A DNA stretch of 62,503 nt, filler included, from Asterionella formosa (Eukaryota): assembly GCA_002256025.1 (NCBI GenBank). It is 20 parts of 20 records of this genome, joined end to end, with 100 filler letters (N's around TTAATTAATTAA, not from the genome) between each part and the next. Parts side by side here need not be neighbours in the genome. Positions count along the whole stretch, not along the records: positions 1 to 27,863 come from NKIB01001373.1; 19 more parts are not named here. One strand, written 5' to 3'. The notes below the pieces were generated by a model. That model searched no databases. It was not told the origin of the DNA and saw only the letters and a list, made by a program, of their open reading frames with translations. Shown here piece by piece: positions 13,405-24,715 of this stretch (position 1 is its first letter; every line of letters starts with the position of its first letter). Made by a program: the position numbers and the translations under genes.

Positions 13405-15227
13405 ATGCCTCAACTGGGGATTGCAGTTTTCCTCTTCCATCTTGTGGGGACCTGCCGATCGTCATTTCGTGAACCAAGTATGAGCCCAAAACAGGCGACA
13501 AAGACAAATATTTTTATGCCATTTATTTCGTCAACACCAAGGAGTAAGGACCCAAACGCTTCAACTCCTTTTTAGCCGACATTGGCCCCATGGACTGACA
13601 CAAATTTTCCTCCCTACTACTCATCTATCCACGACCCCCTCTATATCCCACAGATTCTCCTACTGGTCATCCTATAATTGCACCAAGTGCGGACCCCACA
13701 TCATCTCCCACAGAGCATCCTATTGTGGATGCAGCTGCTTCTCATACTTTTGCACCTTCACTGACTCCAACTACGGAACCCACAGCAACTCCAACTGAAA
13801 ATTCTATAAAAACAACGACTGCAAGCCCCATATCGTCTCCTACTGAGCATCCCACAATAATACCGACTAACGGACCCACAGCATCTCCAACTGATGATCC
13901 TACATTGCAACCGACTGCAGGCCCAACAGTTGCACCTACTGAGCATGCTACAATGATACCGACTAACGAACCCACAGCATCTCCGACTGATGATCCTACA
14001 TTAAAACCGACTGCAGGTCCAACAGCTGCACCTACTGAGCATCCTACAATGATACCGACTAACGAACCCGCAGCATCTCCAACTGAGCAGCCTACATCGA
14101 AACCGACTGCAAGCCCCACAGCTGCACCTACTGATCATCCTACATTGAAACCGATTGCAGGCCTCACAGCTGCACCTACTGATCAGCCTACATTGAAACC
14201 GACTGTGGAAACTACAACTTCACCTAGTGCTACACCCACAATGATACCGACTGAATACCCTACGTCCTTGCACATCGCTGCCAAAACGTTAACACCGACT
14301 GCTGACTCCGCTGCTTCTCGTACTGATCATCCTTCATTGTTCGCAACTGCTCTCACTGATAAACCTACATTGACAATAGTGTATGCTTTACAAGCCCATG
14401 TGTTGGTCACTATGGCCCAGATGGTGGCTGAAATGGATGTCAGCTCCACGGAGACATTTCGAAATACCACGCAAGCGTTTTTGAGCAACTGGTTGCAATT
14501 CCAAGTACCTCCCGTGTCACACGTGAAAGTTACAGTGCTTGATCAATCATTGTCAAAGTTAACACTACGACGACGGGTAGCACAGGCTACTGATATTGTA
14601 ATAAGTATGCTTGTATCAGGAGATACAAAAGTGGGGGATTTGGATTTAGCAGCAATATGCAATACCATCTTTGATGACAAGGGGCATATCCTTGTCGACC
14701 GGCTTCAGGCGACCAACGACATTTCCTTCAGACAAGTGGTGACTGTTACGTCAACAAATCATACACCAGTGGCAGTAGTGGAAGGGGGATCAAAGACTTC
14801 ACCTGTGGAAGGCGGAACCACAAGTACTGGTACCTCAAATCTCTGGGCCATCTTTAGTATTTACACCTGGGTTGCAATATTTGTTGGTGGCATTGCCTTT
14901 TTAATCGCCTCTTTTGGTACCGTGCGTTTCATCCACAAGAGGCGTAGAGAGGAAAAAGAAGAAGAATGTACAGCGCCTGTGAATTCAACAGTAGTAACAC
15001 GCAATGCTGATTTTGATGATACCTTGGATTATTTTTCAGTGGTTGACAACGAGAGACTGAGACCCTTTTATCGCCTGAGTCATCAATCATTGACGCCACT
15101 GTTAGAAGATGGGTTCTCCCACAACTCTGAAACTACAGATGCATTGTTTGGACTAGGTTCTCAATATACATGTGAATGCAAGGCATTGGGATGTGCATGC
15201 ACTTTAAAGATGGCTGAGTCTGAGTGA
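13405..15227 (+). CDS. Mucin-like Pro/Thr-repeat type I membrane protein, paralog 2. Exons 13405-13543 and 13654-15227; intron 13544-13653.
   Basis: Signal peptide MPQLGIAVFLFHLVGTC. Phase-1 GTAAG...CTGAC...CAG intron at the homologous position. Core nearly identical to paralog 1. Ends CECKALGCACTLKMAESE. Confidence 0.8.
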
Positions 15228-15349
15228 TTGTAATTCACAATTCCTGTTTGTTGATGCCTTCATTGATATGAGCATATTTTGTTCCTGCAATTTGGGATTG
15301 CCGCATTCTAATGTTTCAAAAGGTTGAGACTAAATGAATTCATGACTAA

Positions 15350-15500
15350 GAGCATCTCCACCGCATTGACCAAGATCAATTGCAGTTGGGAGTCATGACA
15401 CATCACAATGCATCATGTTGGTTGAAAAGCAAAAATATTTTAGCCACTGAATTGACCAAGACCAAATTTGTTTTGGTCTTGGTAAATTATGACCCTCTAA
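15350..15500. mobile_element. Isolated Harbinger/Tourist-like element end
   Basis: TAA followed by GAGCATCTCCA, then GACCAAGA subterminal repeats. No matching other end was found. Confidence 0.35.
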
Positions 15501-15773
15501 TCAACCAAATAGATATTTGGTTGATAACACTCTGATGATAGCCACATAAAAGAAATGTTTCTAATGGTCTAGTTAATTGCTAGCACTGGCATCATAATGT
15601 CTATGGTTAAATTAGTGTATGAAGATTACAATACATGGACCGTACTCTCTGTCAAGAATATTGGCCAAAGTCACAAGGATTGTGGACTTGATTGTAATCA
15701 AACAAGTTGAATATTGCCTTGCCATGTCAATCAGCTGTCTAACAAGATCAAAGATGGAAGACTTCTATGGAAA

Positions 15774-16053
15774 TGTTAAGTGGAAACTTGAGGAGAGTCT
15801 GAGAACAGCTTTGCAGGAAGAAAAGATGCAAGGAAAGGAAACATTTAGTTTAGCTTATAATTTAATTTGAGTTTAGATTATCAATTGAGGAAACAGTGTG
15901 TTAATTGACAGGAAGGTCAATTAGTCTATCTAGCAGGAAGGCTAGAAGCAGAGAAGAGAGAGAAAGTAAGTGGTACTAGGTAGTACTACAAGCACATAAG
16001 AGTCTATGTGAAGAGAGACCTAGCCTGCCAAAGGAGTACCAACCTTTTCAACA
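15774..16053 (+). repeat. Probable 5' LTR of the host Copia element
   Basis: TGTTAAG...TTTCAACA lies just upstream of gag. Its 3' part resembles 42561-42737, which also ends CCTTTCAACA. Confidence 0.55.
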
Positions 16054-16090
16054 TGCTTTGAAGCAGATAGGATTTGAATAGGTACTCAAG

Positions 16091-16941
16091 ATGGGAATTA
16101 ACAACGAATTGTCAGGAGTGCGATTGCCAGCATTAGATGGTACCAATGCCAAGTGGCTTGTTTGGAAAGCGAAGTTTGTGGCCTATGCCTGCTACAAAGG
16201 CTTTGAAGGAAACCTTAGTGGAGGTGAAGTATCGTCACCAGGTGAGAGAGACTCAGCTGGAGTGAAGATTGTCTTGAGCAACAACAATGAGAAGCGCGCA
16301 AAACGAAATAATACGGTTGCTTACTATGCAAGTCTGATTATGGCATGTCAGAGTGGGCCATTTGGATATGTAAATGGTGCCAGAACTGCAGAGTTCCCCA
16401 ATGGAAATGCAATGGAAGCATGGGACAAGTTAGTGTCTCCCTACGAGTTATGTAATAAGGCAAATTTGATTGCCTTGTCAGGTCAGTGGACAAAATGCAC
16501 AATTAACGAGAATGAGAACCCCAACATTTGGTTTGTGGAGTTGGATAGAATTCGAGAACAATTGAGCTGTACAAGCTTCGCAATTTCGGATGGTGCCTAT
16601 GTGGCCCATGTTATCAACAACCTACCGGAAGTCTACAAGAGTTTGGTGGTTGGAAAATTTGGTCAAGCAAGCTCCAAGCTCACAATCCAAGAGGTCAAGA
16701 AGAATGTACACGACTGTTATGATTTGTATGTGTGTGACAAAACCAAGACAAATAAGAATGGCGAGCAGGCCTTCTTTTCAAAGAGCAAGTTTAATTAAGG
16801 GAGACTGCAGGAAGTGTGGCAAGTATGGTCACAAGGCAGTTGACTGCCAAAGCAAGGGAGATATTATAGAAAAGAAAGAATTAACGAAACCAAGACGAAT
16901 AAAAATGGCGAGCAGGCCTTCTTTTCAAAGAGCAAGTTCAA
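16091..16941 (+). pseudogene. Ty1/Copia gag (UBN2-like plus zinc knuckle), disrupted
   Basis: DGTNAKWLVWKAKF, AMEAWDKL, NNLPEVY and CCHC knuckle CRKCGKYGHKAVDC. Frameshifted by an extra TTAA at 16791-16798. A duplicated knuckle unit is split by an insertion and resumes at 25271. Confidence 0.85.
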
Positions 16942-17477
16942 GGTTCCTGCATTTCAAGTTTAAGGCAAACATAAAAATACTGCTTTGGGTTGCCAAAATT
17001 CCCTGGAACTAAGAATTTATAGGAGCTATTTTTGAATGACTTAATTCCATTTGAAATATTCAAATCAGTGGAAATTTGCGCATATTTACATAGATTCCTT
17101 TTTGAAATAGCTAAATATATATATAGACATTGTGCATCACTGTCTGTATATCTACCGACGATTTTTTTCTTATAGACGACCCGGCGGCTCAGCATATTTG
17201 AAAGTGCAATCAACGAGTGGTACCAGGTACCACACGGATGATGTCCAATGATGATAATCTACTTGTACCCGCACTGGATATAGTACCGGCCTACCGGTGC
17301 ACCCAAAGAAAATGTTACATGTGTATCCAATGTGGCCGGTGTGGGTTTGCAATTCCTCTCACAATCAAATGGAGTCGAGCATTTCGCCATAGCCAATCAG
17401 GACATATATAATACTGCGCGCACTTACAATGGAATTTTTGATACATGGTAACCTTCAAATAGCATCAATATATAACT

Positions 17478-17606
17478 TCTGGCGAGAAACTGCAGAAAGG
17501 AACTTCGGTTTTTTTACTATGCCAAATAAAGTGATTTCCCCCGAATTTTCTGGTCTTTATAACATAGTTAAAAAACCGAAATTCCTTTCTGCAGTTTCTC
17601 GCCAGA
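17478..17606. repeat. Internal long inverted repeat (hairpin) in the TTAA element
   Basis: TCTGGCGAGAAACTGCAGAAAGGAA...TTCCTTTCTGCAGTTTCTCGCCAGA with arms of about 45 bp. Conserved at 47087-47209. Confidence 0.85.
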
Positions 17607-17638
17607 TCCTATATCCTGACGATATATAGCATTGACCT

Positions 17639-20600
17639 TGTTGAGGGGAACCTAATTGTGAATAAAGGTGAACTACAATATTATGACTATTCTATTGCTG
17701 TTTCGAGTACATCGTTGTTAGGACTCACGCATGTACCTAATCTGGTGGCTGCGCCGGTATGGTTCGTACAGCGCATGTATGGAGCATCATATGCAGGTAT
17801 TAACACACCCTCACCAGCAGATTCAGGCAGAAGAACAGGAGCAGGGGTGGAGATGATATCAGCATCGGAAGCCAAGCATGCATAATAGTTAGGAGGACTA
17901 GGGAGAGATGGAGGGCAATGGAGATAGTGCGGGCACATCAATGTATGATGGGAAGCAGGATGATAATAGTGAAATAATCGGCATGATTCAAACTACCTTT
18001 TTTCCAGTATACAATAAATTGGCCTTGGCAAACCTGATCGCGTACCCAGTAATAACGCATATCCATAGCTTTGGAGCGTTTTTGGCGGACGGTATCATTG
18101 GCAATGCCACTGGCAGTGCTATTATCGGTGACAATACAGGTAGAAGGTTGGGGATGACCAAGCTCAGCAAGAATGTTGCGAATAGCATATGCCTCTTTGC
18201 CATTGTGGATCAAGGCAGCTAATTTGGCCTCAGCAGCACTTGATACATACACCAAAGTCATCGACAACAAGCGTAAACATGAGATCACTGGTGGTATCCA
18301 TCCACAGGCCAGGGGTGACTGGGCGGGCAGGGGAGGTAATGATGTGGGAGCAAGAACTGTGCAAGTTGATCATTGGCAAGTTTACCAGCCTGAGGCAGCC
18401 CATACATGCCACATCGGATTTCGGCATAGATGTGCCCATCCATGATTTTGGGAGCTAGGTTGTAGAGGGTTTGAATGTGTGGGGGGATCATCCATATAGA
18501 GATGCGCACGTATTCATACTCGGCAGGTGCAAGATTACTTTCCAGATAAAAATCAGATAAATCCAGAGTGATGAAGCGGCCATTGAGGGTAATGATGGTG
18601 CTGTTGAACAAACATTTTGCAGTAGTGAGATCAGCAGTCTTGGTGCTGACATTGCCGGTGTAAATTACACTATCACCCCCAGCAGTCCAACAAATGCATT
18701 GGGGAATGTTTTTTTGGGGCAATGGGCACACACAATGCGGATGTAAGTGGCGCGTTTGTGTGAGGGCATCTCATGCTTATGAATTAAAAAACAGCAATTA
18801 GTACCCGTGGCCATGTCAGAATGGGGTCCCAAGCCCTGAAATAACCGACCGATTTCTAGGCCGTTGGCGGTGGCCCACAGGGGAGCAGTGCTGCAAGTCA
18901 ACAATTCTTTATATCCAGCAATTTTGCCATTGTCAGGGTTGATAGCGGTGCCATGGAAACAAAAATGAGTGTCCAGGGGAGGTGTACTGGTTTGAGGAGG
19001 GGCGGAGCGAGCATAGTTGGCAAGCAAATATTGGGTGTGGGGACGGCCAGCATGTGGTGCATCATGTGGTGTGTTTGTATGGCGACGACGGCTCTTGAGT
19101 GCAGTGGTAGATTCATAAGTTACTGGAGGGCGAGGTGGCAGGGGACTGGGCAGCACAACAGCATCACGATAGGTGCGAGGGGGTGCTGGAATGATCTTGC
19201 GGCCACTGGCAGGAGGGGACCAAGGGGTAGGGGTAGGGGTAGGGTTAACAACACTCGGGTCGGTAGGGTTAGGGTTAGGGTTAAGCACCCTCAGTGGTTC
19301 GGCAGTGCCATCGAGGGCTGGAGAGACCGGGAAAGGTGTACAGGCATCAGGATCAGGGAGAAGGGGGATGGTGGATGCTGTGGGTGTACCGGGCACCCTC
19401 AGTGATGGAATGGGGCTATGCAGGAGGGGAGCAATTGGTAGTTGGGTGAGCTCAGGTGGTGAGAGAATTTCAAGGAGCTGCTGGAGAGCAGCTTCGTCGG
19501 TTGCAGTAAGTGGGGCAACGGGAGACCGAGTGGTGGGGTGTAACAAGGCATAGGCAATGTCCTGCAAACTGGTTGTGATGAGGTCATTGGAGGAGTTACG
19601 GGTAGGTGGACTTTGGTTGGAAACCACAAGACAGTATCGCAGATTCTGATGGAACGTGTGTCCCACATCCAAATGCGGTAGCATCGATAGGAATCCACAG
19701 CAGGGCTGACATACCAACCATCAAGAGTATGCGGAGCCCATGTTGTGCGGTGTTGGGGCTTGGCATGAACAAGGACCCGACAGCCAGGTGGAGCGAGGGG
19801 GACACGGTTGTAATCATATGTTCCATTGACCTGTGCCCAAGCAGACAGTTTGGGGTTGATGCGTGAGCCACAGAGGAGATTGAGCGTAAGTTCAGCTTGA
19901 ACTAATAGTTGGTCCCACAAGTGAAGAGGAAAGTCTTTGTCAACACTGCATAGACCGGCGATGAAATGGTTTTGAAAGGTGCGAATTGCACGTTCAGCAG
20001 CATTGCGACAATGGACAGCCGGCGGGACCAACTGAAAGTCAATAGCTTCGGCGTCCAAGAACTCTTTGAGGAGTGTAGAACACTCATTGTCAAGGCGTTG
20101 AAGTTTGGGACGTAAGCCAGCTTTGCACAAGCATTGGTGTAATGTTTTATATGCTGCAAGGAGGTAGGAAGCGGTTTGGCTGTGAAAAGGCTGAACAAAA
20201 ATGTAGTTGCTGTCATAATCATATAAAATCATGATGTAGTTGTTTCCAGTGCTGGAGGGGAGGATGAATTTTCCGGTTTGATTGGCGTAAATTTGGCCAT
20301 TGGGTGCAATAATGGACGCAAAACACATATGGGTAGGGGTTACAAGACCCTCAGGGTGGAAATCAGCATCACCCAGCATGGTGGTAGGACTGGATGACAG
20401 TTCAGGCTCAATGATAGTTGGGGGCACATGTGTGGATTGTAAGTTTTGACGTGTTTGATCGAGGTGACCTTTGATGGTTGCGATGGAATGAGGGGGATGT
20501 TTGCGTAGTGTAGTTAAGGTTAGACCTGGAAAATTGACAAGATACCCATGGAGTATTGCTCATTCCAAAGTAGAGATACAGGAGAAAAGAGGGCCGCATG

Positions 20601-21746
20601 GGCAAAGGCAACAAGGGCTGGTGCATTGGGACCGCCAATGGCGGTAGCAGCGTAGCTAGTGGTTAAGGGTAGGCAATGGTGGATCAATAGTGTTGGTGGT
20701 GACATGCCATAATCAAGTGGTGGTGGAGCGATGGCCCTGAAGGATGCAATGACCATCGGATAAGACAGACATGTGCATTTTGGTGAAGAGTACCTCGTAG
20801 CTGGAGTCACATAGTTGTCCAATGCTCAATAAAGAGCAATTGTGTAGACCAGGGACAATGTGTACATGACGAGCAGTGGGTAATAGCATAGGTAAAGATA
20901 ATTCAGCCTCATGTGTAGATTTAACATGGTGGCCGTTAGGAAGTTGAATGGTGATAGGGTTGGTGGTAGGTTGTTTGTTGATGACAGGTAAATCAACAGT
21001 GGCGTAGTTGCCAGAACTACCAGAATCAGCAATGAATGTGACGGGGGGACAAGTGATGGGCGATAAGTTTGTGTTAATAGTATTATCGACAGCAACTTGC
21101 TCCCCTCCACATTAAGCAAGTGATGTAGGTGGCGGTGAAACACGGGGTGGCCGGGTGGGACAGGTACCATCACTGAAAATTTGGACACTGCCACCCATAC
21201 ATCGATCAAGGGTGACAGTGATTTGATAGCCAGAAGATGGATGATTGCAAGTTGCACTGGTATAATCAGGGTTTTTGGTGAGACCATGAGTCCAACAATA
21301 GCCTAATTGGACATTGTTGTAAGTGTATCCAGAAGGGACAGTACGAGCAGCTGCAGCAATCCCTGGCAGTGGGGGAGGGCCACTGGTTTGAATGGCGGTG
21401 TGGGCATCATTATAACCTGCGGTGGTGGCGGTGGCAAGGCGCAATCGTTCCTTATCAGTATGCATGAAATGCGGGCAAAAATTAACCCATGTACAGTCCA
21501 TCTCAGCGCAATCACGCCAAGTTTGAATACTATGAGAATATACCCCAGCCTGTTCTAAAGCAGAAAGAGTCAACCGCATGACAGTACTGTCAGAGAAAGG
21601 TTCCCCACCAGCATCGGCAATGGCACGAAGATGTTTGATGCAGATCCATAAATGTTCAATAGTACTCACACATGTACCTAATCTGGTGGCTGTGCCAGTA
21701 TGATTTGTACGGCGCATGTATGGAGCATCATATGCAGATATTAACA
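17639..21746 (-). mobile_element. Ty1/Copia LTR retrotransposon (CoDi-like), internally deleted and degenerate
   Basis: TG...CA ends with 5-bp TSD GACCT (17634-17638 and 21747-21751). Full 3' LTR 17639-17805, preceded on the minus strand by purine-rich GAGGGTG. Partial 5' LTR 21664-21746. Gag remnant with YCWTHG, integrase (RLDNE, NAAERAIRTF), RT (GMYGLPQAG, VVDDFG) and RNase H (TDNSTA, KRSKAMDMRYYWVRD). Confidence 0.92.
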
Positions 21747-22079
21747 GACCTGTACCCCTACTTTTGTTAATGACTGTATCTAAGGGCCGTTCTTATCATT
21801 TTTTTCGTGTATCACGGAATTTGAAATTTTTTTTGAAAATGTATCAGCAATGGTAACTCGATTTGAACTGAATTTCATTCATTCCAAAAGTGTCACTGTA
21901 TCACTAATTTGTGATCACATTGTATCATGGAGTAACATGGATCTTCAACGGCAACTGGCTGGCGACGATCATGTGTATACCCCTCCAGAATATAATGATG
22001 GTCTTGATATCAAGCAGCAACATAAAATATAATTACCGGTAAACTATATATTATATTAGTAACACACCATTGCATGAAT

Positions 22080-23350
22080 CATGCCGTCGCCATTTGATTT
22101 ACTTGATGATAATGATGATGACAGTAGTGATCTTGATTTTTTCTTCCTCTGTCATTTAGCTAATGAATCAGAGGAAAAAGAACACTCATCCAAACGACAA
22201 AGGCGACGCTGTAAACTGCAGCTTCAGTCATCTGAACGATGACGACAACGAAGGCACAAGTGGCACCACAAAAGAATCGCCTGGCCATCACATTTCAAGA
22301 AACTCAATCACGAGATTGCTTTCGAGAAGACATACAGAATGTCACACAGAGCATTCAAAAAACTGAACTCCATGCTGGAAATTCAGATTGCAGGGAATTA
22401 TTCCATTAGTTTGCGATGGCTGGCTGGTGGCAGTTACATCGACATTTGTCATGCCTACTGTTGTAGCATTGCTTCACTTTATCGATGTCGTGATTTGTTC
22501 ATTGATGCTGTACTAAACTGTGAAGAACTCGAAATTATTTTTCCAAAAGAAAAAGAAGAATTTATCAAATTGGTTTCCAGCTTTGAATGGAAAAGCTCAG
22601 AGGGCATGATGAGAGGATCTGTTGGTGCTATTGACACCTTCCTAGCCACCATCAACCGCCTGACTATAGTTGAAAGTGGCAACAACCCTGGTTTATTTTT
22701 TTCGGTCACTACATGACTTATGGAATCAATGTCCAGGCTGCTTGTGATGCTGACTCAAGATTTATTTATTTTTGGGTGATTGCACAGGGAAAATGCAGTG
22801 ACCAAGTAGCTTTTGAACGAACTTCCATTTTTGATCGAGTTGCAGCATTCAACACAGGTTTTTATCTGGTTGGCGATGCAGCTTACACATCGCCTGATGT
22901 AATGCTTGTTCCCTTTGTTGGCTCACAACGTGATGATCCAACACAGGATACATTTAACTTTTTCCTTTCACAGCTGAGGATAAGAATAGAAATGGCATTT
23001 GGTCTTCTTCAGACAAAATGGTGTGTTCTGAAAAAAACCTATCGACAAGCTTGGAAACATCTATACGCATTCTTGATTCATGTGCTCGACTTCATAACTA
23101 TGTGATTAATGATAAGATAATTGATAACGAGATTATGGATGATAATCAAATACTTAAAGAGATAATTCCAGTCAGTTTGTCACCCCTTGGTTGGGGCTAC
23201 TTGCCAACTGTGGAACCATTGTGTATGTTGCCTGGAAGCTCTGTGATGCGAGATGTGATTCTTACCAGATTGCAAACCTTGGGCTTGCAACAACCTCCTG
23301 TGAATATAGAGAGGAGAAGGAAAGAATTACATGAAATAAATTAAATGTAG
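22080..23350 (+). pseudogene. Harbinger transposase, multiple frameshifts
   Basis: LRWLAGGSYID, GSVGAID, GDAAY and RIRIEMAFG spread over several reading frames. Confidence 0.88.
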
Positions 23351-23380
23351 ACAAATATATATTTTATTCATTAGTTGGAT

Positions 23381-24715
23381 TTAATCTGATCTTTCACCTT
23401 CTGAAAGCAGATGAGAATAGTGATCCCGCTTTCTCTTGCATATATTAATTTCTAGTCGAGCCTGAACTACATCAGAATTATTGGAGTCATACCCATGATT
23501 CTCCAACTCTTCCAAATCCTTCCGAGCATTCTTGAGACGACTTTTATAGAGATCCAGAACATCTAGGATCTCTTTCTCGCGTCTTGGTGCTGCTGAAGAC
23601 TGAAGCAATTGAAGTTTCACTGTGAAAATGCAAGATTATTGCTGTCATCATCTTCATCATCAAGGAATGTAGTTATGAGTCTATCGAAAATGTATTTGTG
23701 CCTAAATTTCCTTGTATCCAGTTCAGCCATAGTTGGAGGCTGACCAAGCATCAACACATCACTTCTGTGTTGCTCACACATGTACACATTGATGACACGA
23801 AAATATGTGTTAGCACATGTAACACTGCTTGGAGGAGTTGATTTTGCTACTGTAGCCTTTTTATTTTTTGTTGCCTTCTTTGCAACAGGAGGAGGAAGAG
23901 GCAATGACTTGTCATCATCATCACTGCTATTTTGCGAATTTAGAACATGGTCAGGGTCTTTGTCTGCTTCATCTGGCTTCCCTTTCTGTGAACAATCAGA
24001 GTCCATATCAACATTGCCACTTTTTTTTCATCTTCAATAATAGATTCATCATTGTTCCTGTTCTTGTTGTGGATGCCAATCACTTCATTATAAGTGATCA
24101 TAGTAGAGGGGGGTATAGTTGACCAAACAGCCAGTCTCTTTTCAGTAAATGGACAATTAAGGAAATAGTGGAGTCCTTCTTGCCATTCCTGTACCCTTAC
24201 ACTTTAAATCTCACGCAATTTTTTCGAAGTACCTTGACAGATATATGTTTTATGTCAATTCCTTTTATATGAATCAATCCCATCCCACTTTCATCCAGAA
24301 TAAAGTCATCTGGTACTATGAGCGAGTTGACAAACTCATCAATATTGGCTAGACAACCGGGAAAGTGTTTCCTCTTTTCAGGGGGACCCATCTTGTTGAT
24401 GTCAAGAAGTGTACCAGCAGTTGCAGGTACACTATTTTCGGATGGATCCATCTTGTCAATGTTGAGTGTACCAGCAGTTTGAGGTATTTTCATTTCAGGT
24501 GGAGGACCCATCTCGTCAATGTCGAGTGTGTCAGCAGTTGGAGGTATTTTCATTTCAGGTGGAGGACCCATCTCGTCAATGTCGGTTGGACCAGCAGTAG
24601 ACGACTCAACAATATCTTTGACATCCTCATCAGTTACAATGCATTGATTCTCTTCCGAAATGGGAATAGAGGCAGCATCAGAAGTTTCAGCTGTACCCAA
24701 TACTTTGCTGCTCAT
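23381..24715 (-). pseudogene. Harbinger partner ORF with ~60-bp tandem repeats and a SAP-like motif, internally deleted
   Basis: About four DIDEMGPPPEMKIP repeats; ISVKVLRKNCVRFKV*GYRNGKKDSTISLIV; NTYFRVINVYMC shared with the other copies. Confidence 0.7.

Noticed and set aside
19225..19284. GGGGTA and GGGTTA repeats as an interstitial telomere
   Set aside because: They encode PTPTP and NPNPNP in the Pro-rich linker of the minus-strand Copia pol.
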